Below are positions 27,533-40,900 of a stretch of 52,843 bases of DNA, piece by piece. The notes beneath the pieces are model-generated. The model saw only the letters and a list, made by a program, of their open reading frames with translations, did no database searches and had not been told where the DNA came from. This stretch comes from a virus. Taxonomy: Duplodnaviria > Caudoviricetes. Location of the stretch: IMG/VR virus record IMGVR_UViG_3300045789_000414, positions 1 to 52,843 of that record, one strand, 5' to 3'. A program made the position numbers and the translations under genes. Position 1 is the first letter of the stretch; each line of letters begins with the position of its first letter.

Positions 27533-29482
27533 ATGAGCAAGAAATCCGATTACATAGAGGCAGTAAAACGATCGGCTTACTTTGAGCAGCTAAAAAACGC
27601 GCTCGATGAAAACACGGGGGCGAAACTCACTAAGATGAGTACGCCTGATTATTTAAGGATGATCATTAATGAGGGTGTTTTAAGTGAGCCGCCTACCCCG
27701 CCGGATTATAGTAATTTAACAAAAGCCAACTCTAAGAGCCTTAATGCAGCTAGCGATGCTTGGGCTAAATGGGAACAGTCAGCACTAAGTAAAATAAAAG
27801 AGTTTGGCGTGACAAGTTCGTCGTTGACACCTGGGTACGATCAGGAAAGGGGAATATTTACAGACATTATATCAAACGGCGGAGGTGGATTTGCAGGGTT
27901 TAGTGGTTTAGTAGTTGCACCAAAAGAGGAAGGCGGCGAGTATTTGTCAGGTGGGCTAAATTCTTTGATGGGGCTCGATTATAGTGTGGCCGGAAGTGGT
28001 GATAATTACGAATCACCTTGGTCTAACCTTAGTGGATTTAATTGGTTATCAAGGTATTCACGTGATAATGGTCAGCTAAGCGATGAAGATTACTTGCAAA
28101 GCGCATATCAGAAAGCTTACGCCCGACAAGAAGATATTAATAATAACGTGTGGGGCCCCGCTTCTAGTTATGAGCCAATCCCTTTTTGGGGGACGACTAT
28201 AAGCCAAAAAGATGCACGTAAGATGAAGGCGTACGCTAAGAAGGATTTATCTGAGTACACATTAGAAGAATTCAAGAAAGATTTTTACTACGATGAATGG
28301 CAGCAAGCTAGGCATCAATTAGGGTTGTCATCTGATATAAAGAACAAAACAAGCGCTTGGCCTAACAGCATTAAGAACGCAACTAAAGCATCTGAAGTGC
28401 CTGATATATCTACTATAGACGCCTACCTAGCCAATAAAGATAAATTTGATGCTATGGGCGCGTACGCGGCAATGATAAGGGGCAATAAAAATCTCTTTAA
28501 ATCTGGCACGGGCGAGGCAAAAGACGGTGCTGATCTAGGGTTTAGTAATTTTACTGAGTGGTACAGCTTAAGCCCTGAGCAGCAAGAGTTAGCTGATAAC
28601 AGGACAAAAGTTTATGAAGATTACTATGCGGCGAAGGCAGCAGAAGAAGCAGCAAAGAAAGCATACGAGTCAAGCGAGAAAAAGTCTGGTATAAAGTCTT
28701 TTGCACTCGGCGCTATATTATCAGTAGCAACAGGCGGCATATTCGCAGCAAGTGGATTATCTTCTGCTATATCATCCTCATTAGGCGGGGCAATAAGTTC
28801 AGGTGTGGTTACGGGCGCAGCAGCAGGCGCGGCAGGTGGAGCGGTCAGAGGTGGTCTTGAGGGTGCGTTGAAGGGCGCTTTAGTGGGTGGTATTGGCGCT
28901 GGTATAGGGGAGTCTTTGACTGGCGGCATTGCTGGCGATGCTGCGTCACTTGAAAATCAATTTTACAGTGATACGGCTAACCTGTTTGGGGATGCTATAA
29001 CACCTGAGTCCTTCTTGCCGAACCTAGGAAGCGATGTTGTTAGTGGTGCTATTACTGGTTCAGGAAGTGGGTTACTTTCTCAATTCGAAGATGATACAAA
29101 CCAAGCTTTCTCTGATGCCATAACGCCTGACTCTATATCAACAGGCGGAACATCTAGCGATGCACCCAGCGGAACAGATCAGTTAGCAGATCAGGTCGGC
29201 GACGAGGTTGCCTCACAATTAGAAGGCGCAATGAATAATGATGATAACCAGTCTAGCAACAATAATTCAGGTTCAAGCAACCAAAGCTCAAGCGATTCAA
29301 CTGTATCAGATCAGCCCGTCATCACAGCAACAGGCGGCATTTTCGGAAACAAGAGAGTAAAAGGGGTTGGCTTCGAGTACAGATCAAGCTCGCAACCAAC
29401 AACGCCAAACTATAATTCCGGTATCAGGCTTAATAGTATTGATAGCGGTGGCTTATTAGATCAACAACAAGGAAGGGTTTAA
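27533..29482 (+). CDS. Internal virion/ejection protein
   Basis: Gly/Ala-rich hydrophobic stretch; position. Confidence 0.6.
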   Translation: MSKKSDYIEAVKRSAYFEQLKNALDENTGAKLTKMSTPDYLRMIINEGVLSEPPTPPDYSNLTKANSKSLNAASDAWAKWEQSALSKIKEFGVTSSSLTPGYDQERGIFTDIISNGGGGFAGFSGLVVAPKEEGGEYLSGGLNSLMGLDYSVAGSGDNYESPWSNLSGFNWLSRYSRDNGQLSDEDYLQSAYQKAYARQEDINNNVWGPASSYEPIPFWGTTISQKDARKMKAYAKKDLSEYTLEEFKKDFYYDEWQQARHQLGLSSDIKNKTSAWPNSIKNATKASEVPDISTIDAYLANKDKFDAMGAYAAMIRGNKNLFKSGTGEAKDGADLGFSNFTEWYSLSPEQQELADNRTKVYEDYYAAKAAEEAAKKAYESSEKKSGIKSFALGAILSVATGGIFAASGLSSAISSSLGGAISSGVVTGAAAGAAGGAVRGGLEGALKGALVGGIGAGIGESLTGGIAGDAASLENQFYSDTANLFGDAITPESFLPNLGSDVVSGAITGSGSGLLSQFEDDTNQAFSDAITPDSISTGGTSSDAPSGTDQLADQVGDEVASQLEGAMNNDDNQSSNNNSGSSNQSSSDSTVSDQPVITATGGIFGNKRVKGVGFEYRSSSQPTTPNYNSGIRLNSIDSGGLLDQQQGRV

Positions 29483-29483
29483 C

Positions 29484-30182
29484 ATGGGGTTACTCGATAC
29501 GGTATCAGGTGCGTTCACATCATTAGATGATTATGTGGGCGATTTATTTAATAGCATTGCGCCGGACTTTTTAACGGGTGGTCAGTCAGGGTTTATATCC
29601 GATGTTCTTGGTGGCGCTGTTACTGGTAGCGCAATAGCGGCAATATCAGGCGGCGATATTGGGAAGGCGGCTCTATATGGTGGAGTCGGCGGCGCACTCA
29701 ATGATGATAATTTCGGTCAGTTTGGCAATGAAATAGGTGGAGCTATACAGGGTTACGGCGTAGGCGGACTGGGCGGCGCATTAGGTGGTGGATTAGCGGC
29801 TTATGCTAATGATGCAGGCGCATTTAATGGTGGCCAACCTAATGCTAGTCAAGCTGTGGAAGAGCAAGTAACAGAGAATCCATCAGTCTTTAACGGGCAA
29901 CAGCAACAAACACCGCCAGGTGGAGGCGGATTATTAGCCGATAAGCTGAAGTCCTTTGGCCTAATGAAAGATAACGGTGATGGCACGTTGCTAGGGAAAG
30001 GGTTAATTGCTGGTATCGGGAGCATGGCAAATGAAGCCAGTCAGAAAGACATAATGGAGCAGAATCAAAAAATCGCACAAGAGAACTACAAAAAAAAGGC
30101 GGACGTAGACTATGAGGCAGAGCAACGTCGTATAGCCGCCTTCTCTAACAACCCAAGCTTTCAGGTGAACCGTAATGGATAA
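29484..30182 (+). CDS. Internal virion/ejection protein
   Basis: MGLLD start, glycine-zipper segments. Confidence 0.6.
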   Translation: MGLLDTVSGAFTSLDDYVGDLFNSIAPDFLTGGQSGFISDVLGGAVTGSAIAAISGGDIGKAALYGGVGGALNDDNFGQFGNEIGGAIQGYGVGGLGGALGGGLAAYANDAGAFNGGQPNASQAVEEQVTENPSVFNGQQQQTPPGGGGLLADKLKSFGLMKDNGDGTLLGKGLIAGIGSMANEASQKDIMEQNQKIAQENYKKKADVDYEAEQRRIAAFSNNPSFQVNRNG

Positions 30183-30873
30183 AATAACAAAAGACGCTAT
30201 CGACAAAGGAATTAAAGAAGGTATGCAAGAGGCCGATATCAAAAAGATGGCAATGGCCGGCGCTCCTAAAGACGAGGTTGATTACGCATTAAGTGAGCTA
30301 GCAAAGAGAGACGGCTTGCCGCAAGGTAACTCTACTCAAGATGCGGAACAGGAACTTAAGCCAGAAGCGCCGGAAACGCCAGAGGAGGTGAGTGGTGATG
30401 CAGAAGAGACAGCCAGCAAGCAACCTTCTGAGTTCTCAAGTGAAGATAAAGAAACGGTTGAGCGTTTTGTGTTTAACGCGATGAATATAGCGAGCGGTGA
30501 GCATTACGATAAAATGATCGCTATGGCTAAATCAGCAAAAGGCAACAGAGCTGAAGGGTTCGGGAGGGCGTTATTCTTTGTCCTTAATTCTGTCAAAAAA
30601 GGGCTTGAAGGAAAGAATGTTAATATTAATCCTAATCTATGGCTGTCAAGCAACGGGTTGATTGAGCAGACCTCTAAGATTGTCGCTATCTTATTAGACG
30701 TGTCAGGCGTTAAGTTGACACCAGAAGATGTGCAGATGGGCATGGGGTTGGCTTCAGAAAGCTTAGGTATGGAGGACTCGTCTGCCCAAAAAGAACCTCC
30801 GCAGCCTGAACAACAAATACCAACAGAACAAGGTATGATAGGTCAAGTCAGTCAACCACAAGGTATGCAATAA
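30175..30873 (+). CDS. Hypothetical virion-associated protein
   Basis: Coupled ORF in ejection cluster. Confidence 0.6.
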   Translation: MDKITKDAIDKGIKEGMQEADIKKMAMAGAPKDEVDYALSELAKRDGLPQGNSTQDAEQELKPEAPETPEEVSGDAEETASKQPSEFSSEDKETVERFVFNAMNIASGEHYDKMIAMAKSAKGNRAEGFGRALFFVLNSVKKGLEGKNVNINPNLWLSSNGLIEQTSKIVAILLDVSGVKLTPEDVQMGMGLASESLGMEDSSAQKEPPQPEQQIPTEQGMIGQVSQPQGMQ

Positions 30874-31913
30874 TGGGTTTATTATCAGGGTTCGCTAAAG
30901 GCGCTTCAGAAGGAATACAAGGCGGCTGGGAAGATAATCGACAGGAAGCGATGGAGCAGGCTAGGCAGCAAATGAAGATGCGCTTGCAAGATAGAGCGGT
31001 ATCACTCAACATTGAAGAAGATGCCCGTATTCGTGAGCAAGAATTAGCGGATAGAAACGACCCTAATAGTGTTTTTAATATCGACCGAAGAAACGAGTTG
31101 GCGGATAAAAAAGCACTACTATCTATGAAAGGAACAGCTACTAAAGCGCCTTCATGGAAGTCAGTTAAAGTGCCGTTACCTGACGGCGGAGAGGGCGAGG
31201 TATTGTACGACCCAGATTCAGGTCAATACCGTGACCCATCAGGCATTATGAACAAACCATCTATATCTGAATCAGAGGCAATGGCCGAGGCTGAAATGAT
31301 GGCTTCTGATAAAGCCAAGCTCCTTAATTCAGATGCAGAGGACTTTGGTATGGATAGAGACCTATGGATAAAAACCGAGGCCGAGCGCATTATGAGTGAG
31401 TCAACTTTGGCGTATCAGCTAGGCATTAATTCAGCTCCGGCGTCAAACGGTGGCTCAGCCCCAACAGTTAGGCTAAGCCGAGACAACAAAGAACAAGCGC
31501 CAAATAAACCTCAAACGTCACCTGTCAAACCTGCCAACGATAGTGCAAAACAAGAGGAAGATGCTCTATTGGCTGAGTTCGGGCTTAATGTTCAAAGTAA
31601 TGATAATAGTGGCGGCTTACTTGGCGCATTAAAAGACGACCCTGTGACAGGCACAGCTATTAACGCAGTTGGCAAAGCAAAGGACGCAGCAAACAAATTT
31701 GGTTCGTTTGTGTCAAAAACTGCTAATTCAGCAATGGACGCTATTAATACGCCGCCGAACATATCGCCTGAGTATAGAAAAAAATTAGAGTTAACTCTTA
31801 ACGAGTTCAGGAAATCGCCAACCGTGCAGGCAGCTCAAGAAATATTGCATAGCGGGTTAGTGACCGGAAGAGAGAAAAAGGCGATCGAGATATTCATCGA
31901 GAGAAATAAATAA
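30873..31913 (+). CDS. Internal virion/ejection protein
   Basis: MGLLSGFAKG start, helical region. Confidence 0.6.
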   Translation: MGLLSGFAKGASEGIQGGWEDNRQEAMEQARQQMKMRLQDRAVSLNIEEDARIREQELADRNDPNSVFNIDRRNELADKKALLSMKGTATKAPSWKSVKVPLPDGGEGEVLYDPDSGQYRDPSGIMNKPSISESEAMAEAEMMASDKAKLLNSDAEDFGMDRDLWIKTEAERIMSESTLAYQLGINSAPASNGGSAPTVRLSRDNKEQAPNKPQTSPVKPANDSAKQEEDALLAEFGLNVQSNDNSGGLLGALKDDPVTGTAINAVGKAKDAANKFGSFVSKTANSAMDAINTPPNISPEYRKKLELTLNEFRKSPTVQAAQEILHSGLVTGREKKAIEIFIERNK

Positions 31914-34900
31914 TGGCGGATATTGATTATAGCGATTTCGGGCAGTATCTCGAAGATGCACGTAAATACCCTGAAAATGACGGATTCAAAGATTACCAGT
32001 TAAGGCAGGCGTGGGAAGAAGAGTTCGGCCAGATGAAGCCGCCTAGTATTGGTGATACTGTTATGCGCGGCATGCGTAATACAGAAAACGCCATGAGCGC
32101 AGGCTTACTTCATCTAGGCGCTATAACACCTGAAAAGTTCTCGCAGGAAGTCGCTGAAAACGCCGCGATCAATCAGTCGATACCTCAAGATAAAAACAAG
32201 TTAAAGCTAATTAATGATATTGCTACGTCAACTGGTTTCTGGGATGGCGCGCTAAAGGTCGTTTCCAATCCGGCTGGCGTTGGGCGGTTAACCGCTGAGC
32301 AGGTTGGGAATATGATTCCTTCTATGGCTCTAGGCGCGACTGGTGCGGCTATTGGTAGCAAAGTTCCAATAGTGGGTACTGGCATAGGATTTATAGCTGG
32401 TATGGCTTCTGGTAGCCTTATGCTAGAGACAGGTATGGAAGTACTTTCTCAGCTAGACAAAGAGAATGTAGATATAACCGACCCTGTTAAAATCCAAGAG
32501 GCATTAACACCTGAATTCATGTCAAACGCTCTTGAGCGCGGCGCGATTCGAGGGGCAACAATAGCCGCAATTGATGTTGCTACGATGGGCGTTGGTGGCT
32601 TAATGCTTAACTCGGCTGGTAAGAAGCTGGCGAGAACGCTAACAAAAGAAGGCGTCGACATCACTAGCGACACGGCAGTTAAGGCAGCTCTAGCAGGTAG
32701 CAATAAATCAATTATGAAAGCCGCTGAAGGTTATGCGAAGTCAAAGACGCTTAAAGGCGGGATTGCTCCAAAGGCAGGTGCTTTTGCATTAGAGTCAGCA
32801 GGTGAACCAGCGGGTGAGGCGCTAGCTCAATTCGCAGTGGGTGATGAAATAGACACAACTGAGGTTGTTTTAGAAGGCGTCGGCGGTCTTGGTGCTTCAG
32901 CTTTTACAACGGGTGCTCAATCGGTTATTGGTGCGCCTAAACAAATAAAGAAACTAGGCGGGTTATTTGCTAATAAAGATGGCGAGCAAACAATTAACCC
33001 TGCTAGTGAAGAGGAGATAATTACCGCCCAAGCCGACCTTGAAGAAAAGATCGTTGCTGATAGCGCGAAAACTACTCAACAGCAAGCCACTGATATTAAC
33101 AATGAAGTTACTAGAAAGGTAGATAAAGCCGTTGCTGACGTAGCTGAATCTGGTGGTGACGCATTAGACCAAGCATTAGTTGAGACAACAGTTAGTTCGC
33201 AATATGATGATATCAAGGCTAGAGCAAATCAAGTTGCTACCGATAATAAAGAACGGTTAAGGCAAACTATTGAGCGTAGACAGTTGAAGCCAGATACCGC
33301 CTCTGTGCTTGATTACAGCGCTAATAACATTCCTTTGACACAAAGTCAGTCAAGGCAAGAAAAAACGCCACAGATAAGAAAAGAGCAGATTGCTACAAAG
33401 ACACTAAGAGAGCAGGTGAATGAAGTAAAGAATGCCCAAGCGAATGAACAATCAACTACTCAGAATGACGGTGAAGTATCTAAACAGGATGCTTCACAAG
33501 TTTCACGACAAGATGGTAATAACAATTCCATATCAGGAGAAGCCTCACTAGGTAATAAACCTAATGAGAATAAAGCCCCTCAGCTTGATAATAAACAAAG
33601 CATAGACCCTAAAGAGCTTGTAAAGGAGCGAATAGCCGCAAGGGATGAGAAGAGGAAGCAAGTGAATGAAGCTGGTGATCTGTCAGCAGACATTCCACCC
33701 CCTAGACTCAATACTGGCGTTGTAGCAGAGAGCGAATTCAAGCCATCGGTTTATAGCGAGCTAACCCAAGAGGACAAGATTTCTATCGCGGAAAGCTGGG
33801 GCAGCCAGCTTCAAGAGGGTGGCGGTATCTCATACCTGCAAGACGAGAATGGCAATGTCAATGGACGTACAAAATCAATTAACCCTGAATGGTTCAAGGA
33901 TGGCTCATTAGGCGTTATGAATGTTGCTGGTGACGACGTTCTGTCTAATCAGCCATCAGTAAGAAGGGTGCAGGCAACCATTAGCAAGCTGAAAAAAGGT
34001 GAGAACCTAACCAAGTCAGAAGAGAGGATAATTGAGGCACTTGTTGAAGTAGATAATAATCATTACCAAGAAGGAAGCGAGCAGAGTGCTCGTAATGAAC
34101 AAGAAAGCATAGACAGTAGTTATGACGGCGTGAACGTAGACGCTATTGATGAAACAATAGACTCGTTAATTGAGGAAGGTATCTTAACTGAAGATATGTT
34201 ATTAACCATGAGCGCAGAAGAAGTTGATGCTGCCGAGAGAGAAAACTATGAGCAAGAAAAAGCAAAGCAAGATGGAGTTAATGGAGAAGTTTCAGTCGTT
34301 CCCGAAAAAGAAGAGGATAGCGGCAATCAAGAAGAAGCAAATGGAATTAATGAAGAAAGCATCTTAACTGATTATTCACAAGACGACCTAAATGCCAAGC
34401 AAGAAGCTGAAGATAGGCAAGCTACGGAGAAGGCTGCCAGTGATAAAAAAGCCGATATTGATGCAGATGTTGATAACTTTGAGTTAACGGGCTCAGATCG
34501 TTCAGCAGACGCTAGCACGGGGCAATCTGATGTATTCAGTGAGCAGGTTAAGAAAGGCGGTGTTGCGAATGAAGATGAAATCAATAAGGTTGTAGCAGAT
34601 AATGACGAAATAATAGCTAATCAGAATCAAGAAAAGTTAGAAGATTTTGGCGAAAAGCTGGGTGGTGCAAGGAAAGATACAGCAGTAGCAATAGGCGCTC
34701 TTAAAGACCTTGGGGATGACGATATTTCCACTCAGCCCCTAAGCAAGACATTCCCTAAAAGCCTTATTGATAAAGAAGAAGACGCTGGTAGAGCTGCCAT
34801 TATGCAGGTGTTTAGAGAAGCGATTCCTAATAAACCAAGAACTAAGCATAAAGTAAAAAGATGGGCTGAAAAAGTCAAAACATTCCTTGAGCTAACAGTA

Positions 34901-37900
34901 GAGATGACTAACCTCAAGAGTACGGAAGAGGTTGTTGAGCGTATGAGGTCGCCAATTTACGCTAGTGCTTTATCTGACTCTGCGGATAAGATCGAGTTGC
35001 TTATGTCTGTTGATAGAGGTAATTGGGGAAGAATCGGCAAGATCAATAATTATAGCAAGGCGTATCGCTATGGTGGAGATGGTAAAGATAGGATTCCATC
35101 ACCCTCTTTTTATGTCCAAATTGATGGTAAGACGGAGAAGGTCGATGGTGCTAAAAAGATTCAAGATGTTTTCGAGTTTGTTCAAGAGAAACTAAGCGAA
35201 GGCTCTCCAGATTCCAAGCAACTTATGAAATTTGAGATACGTGGAAGGAAAGGGGCGTATTTCATTAATAAGACAGGTGATAGGGAACGTCATCACTTAA
35301 AGTCATTTACAGACCTAGCTGAAGCAAGGCTCTACCTGAAAAACAATAACGCTGAGTTAGTTGCAGAATGGGAAAAGGTTAAAGAGAAATTCAATGTTAA
35401 GAAGTCTGATATGCGTAGCAAGACCAATAAGCCGCGCACAGGCAAGGATTACAGGAAAGGTAAAGACATAACTACTGAAGAGTTCTCCGAGGCATTCGGC
35501 TTTAGAGGTGTTGAGTTCGGTAACTGGGTTAAGCAGGGTAAAAAAGGCAAAGAGAGACAGGGCTTCTTAAATCAGACTTATGATGGACTGATGGACTTAG
35601 CCGACATGATAGGTGTGCCGCCAAAAGCAATATCACTGAATGGCAGTCTTGGTATTGGGTTTGGTTCTAGGGGTAGAGGTGGGAGCGCAGCAGCCCATTT
35701 TGAGCCAAGCGGAATCGTTATTAATTTGACTAAACCAAGTGGCGCGGGTTCGTTAGCGCACGAGTGGTTTCATGCGCTTGATAACTACTTCTCTCGCCAA
35801 CGTAACGGTGAAGTTAAGGTGGGTAATGGGTTTAAAGCTGAAGATGCTTATCGTAAAGGCAACTACGTCACTTATCACCCAGAGCCAATGATGATACATA
35901 AAGAATATGGATCATCTATGACTAAGGCAGAGCTAAAGAGAAGACAAAAAGAGCATAAAGAATCAGGGTATTTTTCAGAAGATAACTGGCAAGTTGATCC
36001 TAATCATCCAGAGGGTATTAGACCAGAAGTAGAGGTGAAATTTGCCAACTTAGTGGAAGCACTGGATGATTCCCCGATGCGTTTACGCTCCATGAAAAAC
36101 GATAAGAATGCTGAAGATGGTTACTGGTCTCGCATTATTGAGAGAGCAGCTAGGTCGTTTGAGAATTACGTTATCACCAAGATGGAGAATGGCGGGTATA
36201 ACAATGACTTCCTTGCAAACGTACAGGGTATTGAGAGCTTTATGAGGGATGAAGGACGATACCCTTATCTATTGCCTGAAGAAATTGCGCCAATAGAAAA
36301 TGCGTTTAATGGCTTATTCAAAACACTGAAAACCAAAGAAACCGAACAAGGTGTTGCCCTCTACTCCAAATCAAAAGGCATTGAAAACGGATTATCAACA
36401 CAGCAAGCCACGAACGAACTCAACAAAGATAAGCGCCTAGCTAAAGCTATTGAGTCAGGATTATTGAAGGTCGTTGCAAGTGCTGATGACTTGCCTAGTG
36501 GGGCTGAGTTATTTCATACGGTATGGCATGGTTCGCCACACGATCATAATAAGTTCGAATCAAGCAAGATTGGTACAGGCGAAGGCGCTCAAGCGTATGG
36601 CTATGGGCTTTATTTTGCGGGCAAGAAAGCGGTGGCTGAACATTATAGGGATGCGTTAACAGGTAATAGAGACTCTAATATTATACTTGATGGGCAACCG
36701 CTTACCCATTCACGGAAGATGGACGAGCGGTCTGATGAGGCAATAGGCGCATTTAACGCAATAAGCCGACAAGGCGGTGTGGATGCGGCTATTGATTGGC
36801 TGATAGCTAGAAACAATCATAGTGATAATGCTAATCTAAATAGGCAACGGAGCGCCTCGATAAATTGGATAAATGACAATAGAGATAGGCTCGGATATGA
36901 AGCTACTGAGGGGGTGGTGTACCAAGTCGATCTAGCTCCAAGCCAAGACGAGTATTTGTTATGGGGTAAGCCTTTATCTGAGCAGAGCCAAGTAGTTGTT
37001 GACGCGCTTGAAAAGAAATTCTCGCTGCCTTCATTCAATGAGGACTTTAGAACGGCAGGTGAATTTTATCGACATAGAGCTAGGAACAAAGGTGGCCAAG
37101 AGAAGGTAAGTGCTGAACTGAAAGAGCTAGGCATACGCGGCATTAAATACCTAGATGGTAATAGTCGTGGCGGTGGCGGTGGCGATTACAACTACGTCAT
37201 ATTTGATGATGCTGATATTGAGATAACCGCCAAATACAGCAAGGGCGAACAGGTTGTTCAAGGCGCTTCGCTTAATGGCGTGGCTTATGTTGTCGCTAAT
37301 GGCAATACTAAAGCTGATGTTCGTGCAACGGCCTATCACGAGCTAACTCATAACATGATGGATAGCTCTGATTTCTTAGGCAGCGAACAACGCAGTAAAT
37401 TATTAAAGCGCCTATCTAACCAACGCAAGATCAACAAAAACAATTCTTTCTGGCAATCAGTCGAGCAACGTGTAAAAGACGCTGAAACCGCACCTGAACA
37501 CGTTTTAGATGAAGTTGCTGGCTATGCTGTGACGGAATATTTAAACGGTAATAAGAATCTACCTAAAGGCTTGGTGAAATGGGTTCAAGACTTTATCGCA
37601 GCATTGAAAGCGGCGGTGTTTAAATACACTGGATTACAGTTCGGCAAGGTATCGCCACAAGAACTAATTGCCATGACTGAGGCTTATGTCGATAAGACTA
37701 CGGGTAAAGAGCGTGATGTTCAAGATGCTATGAATGGCGTGGCTTTAGCCAGTAAAGAAGGGCGTCTAAAACAGCTTGAGGCTGAAGGGTACGATACGCA
37801 AAACCCGTTTACGCACGAATCCTCAGATAAGGACTTCAATGGAGTAATCACCAAGAAATCAACCTATGGTGTTTTTGACGGGATATTCTCACTTCAGGGA

Positions 37901-40900
37901 GAGGAAGGTGCAGCTATAGGTACTGGAGGTTATAACCACACCTACTACATTCGCAAAGGGGCTTTGGCAGGAGATAGCGATTCCAGTCTTGACTATGAAA
38001 AGAGCAAGGAGTTTTTGGAAAAAGCCTACCCGCAGCTAGATGAAGTCCAGCTTGATCGCTTGTACGACCTAACCGCAGCCGATGAAAACATATGGGATAA
38101 CGAAAACGATAACCCGTTGGCGGACTATGGCTACGAGGACTCGGCGGAAGCATCATGGGAATTTCAAAACATACGCGGGAAAATAGCTGTAGATCAGGAT
38201 TTTGATGCCATCGCTATGGATGATGAAAACGGTACGAGCTATTTCATTCCCTTTGGTAGCAAAGCCAAGCACTCGAAGCTTAAAGATAGTTCTAATCTTC
38301 TTTATAGTAAAGAATCAACCAGCAATCAGGCGCATAAAACAGCACAAAGAAACGCAGCCTTACCTGTAAGCGAGGGAGGTTTAGGATTGCCTGCTAATAA
38401 CACAGCGATGGATAGAGCTAAGGCTATGGGGTTTGATGTTGATACTATTTGGTATCATGGGTCAGATGTTGACTTTAATGAGTTCGACAGGTCTTTTATT
38501 GAAGAAGAAAGTGAGGGAGGTTTTTTCTTCTCGAAATCGAGAGAAGTTTCTGAGCGAAATATTTTTAAAGAAAGCGGGAAGGCTGAGTACGTTAGAGGTT
38601 TTTTCGTTAAAAGCAATAGCCCATTAATAACCGCCCCTAATGAATGGCAAGAGGGGCTGCGTAGCCCTGAGTCGATACAATCTGCGCATGACTCAGTTCT
38701 TATTGAGGCAGATAACTCAACGCCAGAAAATACAGATGATGTTCTAGTGGTATTTGACCCAAAAAATATTCGAGAGACAAGGGCTGTCTTTGACCCAATG
38801 AAAAAAGACGAGCCGGATTTATTATTCAGCATTAAGAAAGAAACTAACGGAGTTGGAAGCTATACAGATAAAGACTCGACGGGCTTCGCTATACCGGACG
38901 AAACATGGACTAAAGTTGCTATCAGAAAAATGCAAGACAAGTTCAAAGTATTAAAAGACTTGCAGGCCAACATCATCGAGGCTGGCGGAACAATATCAGA
39001 GAAAGCAGATGCGTATGTCGCTGAAGAGTTGTTTCACGGGAAAGCCGAGAATGACATCCTTAATATGCGCAAAAAGCATGTAGAGCCATTCGCCGATAAA
39101 CTAGCAGCGACAGGCATATCTCAGAAGGAACTAGATAAATACCTAAGAGCAATGCACGCAGAAGAAAGAAATGATTATATTGCCTCTATCAACGCTGATA
39201 GACCAGATGGCGGCTCCGGCATGAAAACTAAGGACGCTAATAAAATAATCGAACAAGTAGAAAATAGTGATAAAGCCGCGGACTACAAAGAGCTGGCTGA
39301 TATGGTTTACGCCATGCTTAAAGAGCGTAGACGAGTTATCCTTGACGGTGGCTTAGAAGATGATGGATTGATTGCGGCTTGGGAATCGACGTATAAAAAC
39401 TATGTGCCGCTTAAGGGATTTGCTGATAATGAGAAAGTAGACCCAAGACCAAGCACAGGGAAAGGCTTTAATATTGGCGGTAAAGAATCTAAGCGAGCAA
39501 TGGGGAGAAGTTCAGAATCAGCTAGCCCATCTTCTTATGCAATCGTTGACTTAACAGAGACGTTAATACGCAATAGAAAGAATGAGGTTGGCAACGCTCT
39601 GTTAGCGCTAATCGAAGATAACCCGCAAAGTGAATACTGGAACGTTTATACCGACGAAAACCCAGAGACAAAAGAAAGCATCTTACAAGTTGACGGTAAG
39701 GACGTTGTGAAAGAGGTAGCTATACCCATGTCCATGATGAGTGATAGATACTTCACTACTAAGCGAGACGGTAAAACCTACTACATGAAGATAGGTGATA
39801 AGAACGACACTCGCATAATGGACGCGATGAAAAACATTGGAATAGATCATTCAGGTAAAATTATCCAAACTATGGGCGGTATTACTCGAATTATGTCAGC
39901 CCTCAATACAAGTTATTCACCAGAGTTTATTGTGGGTAACTTCTTACGTGATGTTCAAACGGCAGTTCTTAACCTACAGTCTGAGGAATCATCCGCGGAA
40001 GGAAAAATAAAAGGCAAGAAGATTGCCAAGCAAACGGTCAAGGACATTCCTATTGCCATGAGGGCTGTCTACAGGTCATTGGACGGTAAAAAATCAAAAA
40101 CAAAAGAAGGAAGAGAGTTTCAGCAGTGGTTCGAGGAATTCAAGGAATCAGGGGCTAAAACAGGTTGGTTCGACATGAAAGACTTGGACGGCCAAACAAA
40201 AGAGCTTGAGTCGCTTATCGCTATGTCCGATGGTTCAGTTAAAGGCAATATGATGAAGTGGGGTAAATCGGCGGCTAATGTCGTTGAGAACATGAACTCC
40301 GCTGTAGAGAACGCAGTTAGATTATCAGCTTATGTGAACGCTAGAAGAGCTGGGATATCTAAACAGAAGGCCGCTTCGCTAGCCAAGAACATGACCGTCA
40401 ACTTTAACCGAAAGGGTGAAGTAGGCGCGACCTTGAACGCTATCTATATGTTTAGTAACGCGTCTATACAAGGTGTTGCCAACTTCGCAAGAACAATGGG
40501 AACGCTGAAAGGGGATAAATCATTAAAATGGCAGAATCTCAATAACGCGCAAAAGATAGCAGTCGGTATGGCGGCGGGCGCATTCTTTATTGCGATGGCT
40601 AATAGAGCAGCAGCAGGGGAGGATGACGACGGTGAGAACTGGTTTGATAAAGTACCTGACTACGTCAAAGAAAGAAATATCGTTATTATGAAGTCGTTGC
40701 TCGGCGGCAGGCAGGACGGTTCTTATTGGAAAATACCGCTTCCTTACGGATATAACATATTTAACGTATTAGGCGACTCGATGGAGTCAATCGCCTTTAG
40801 TGATAAATCTATCGGAAGTAGCGCAGGGCGTTTAACATTAGCAACGCTTGGCTCTTTCTCACCTATCGGCTTTCAAGACTCGAACACAGTCACAGGCGGC

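Noticed and set aside
12227-38832. Numerous short antisense or alternative-frame ORFs within structural genes
   Set aside because: Fully nested in long, motif-supported genes with no independent RBS or motif.
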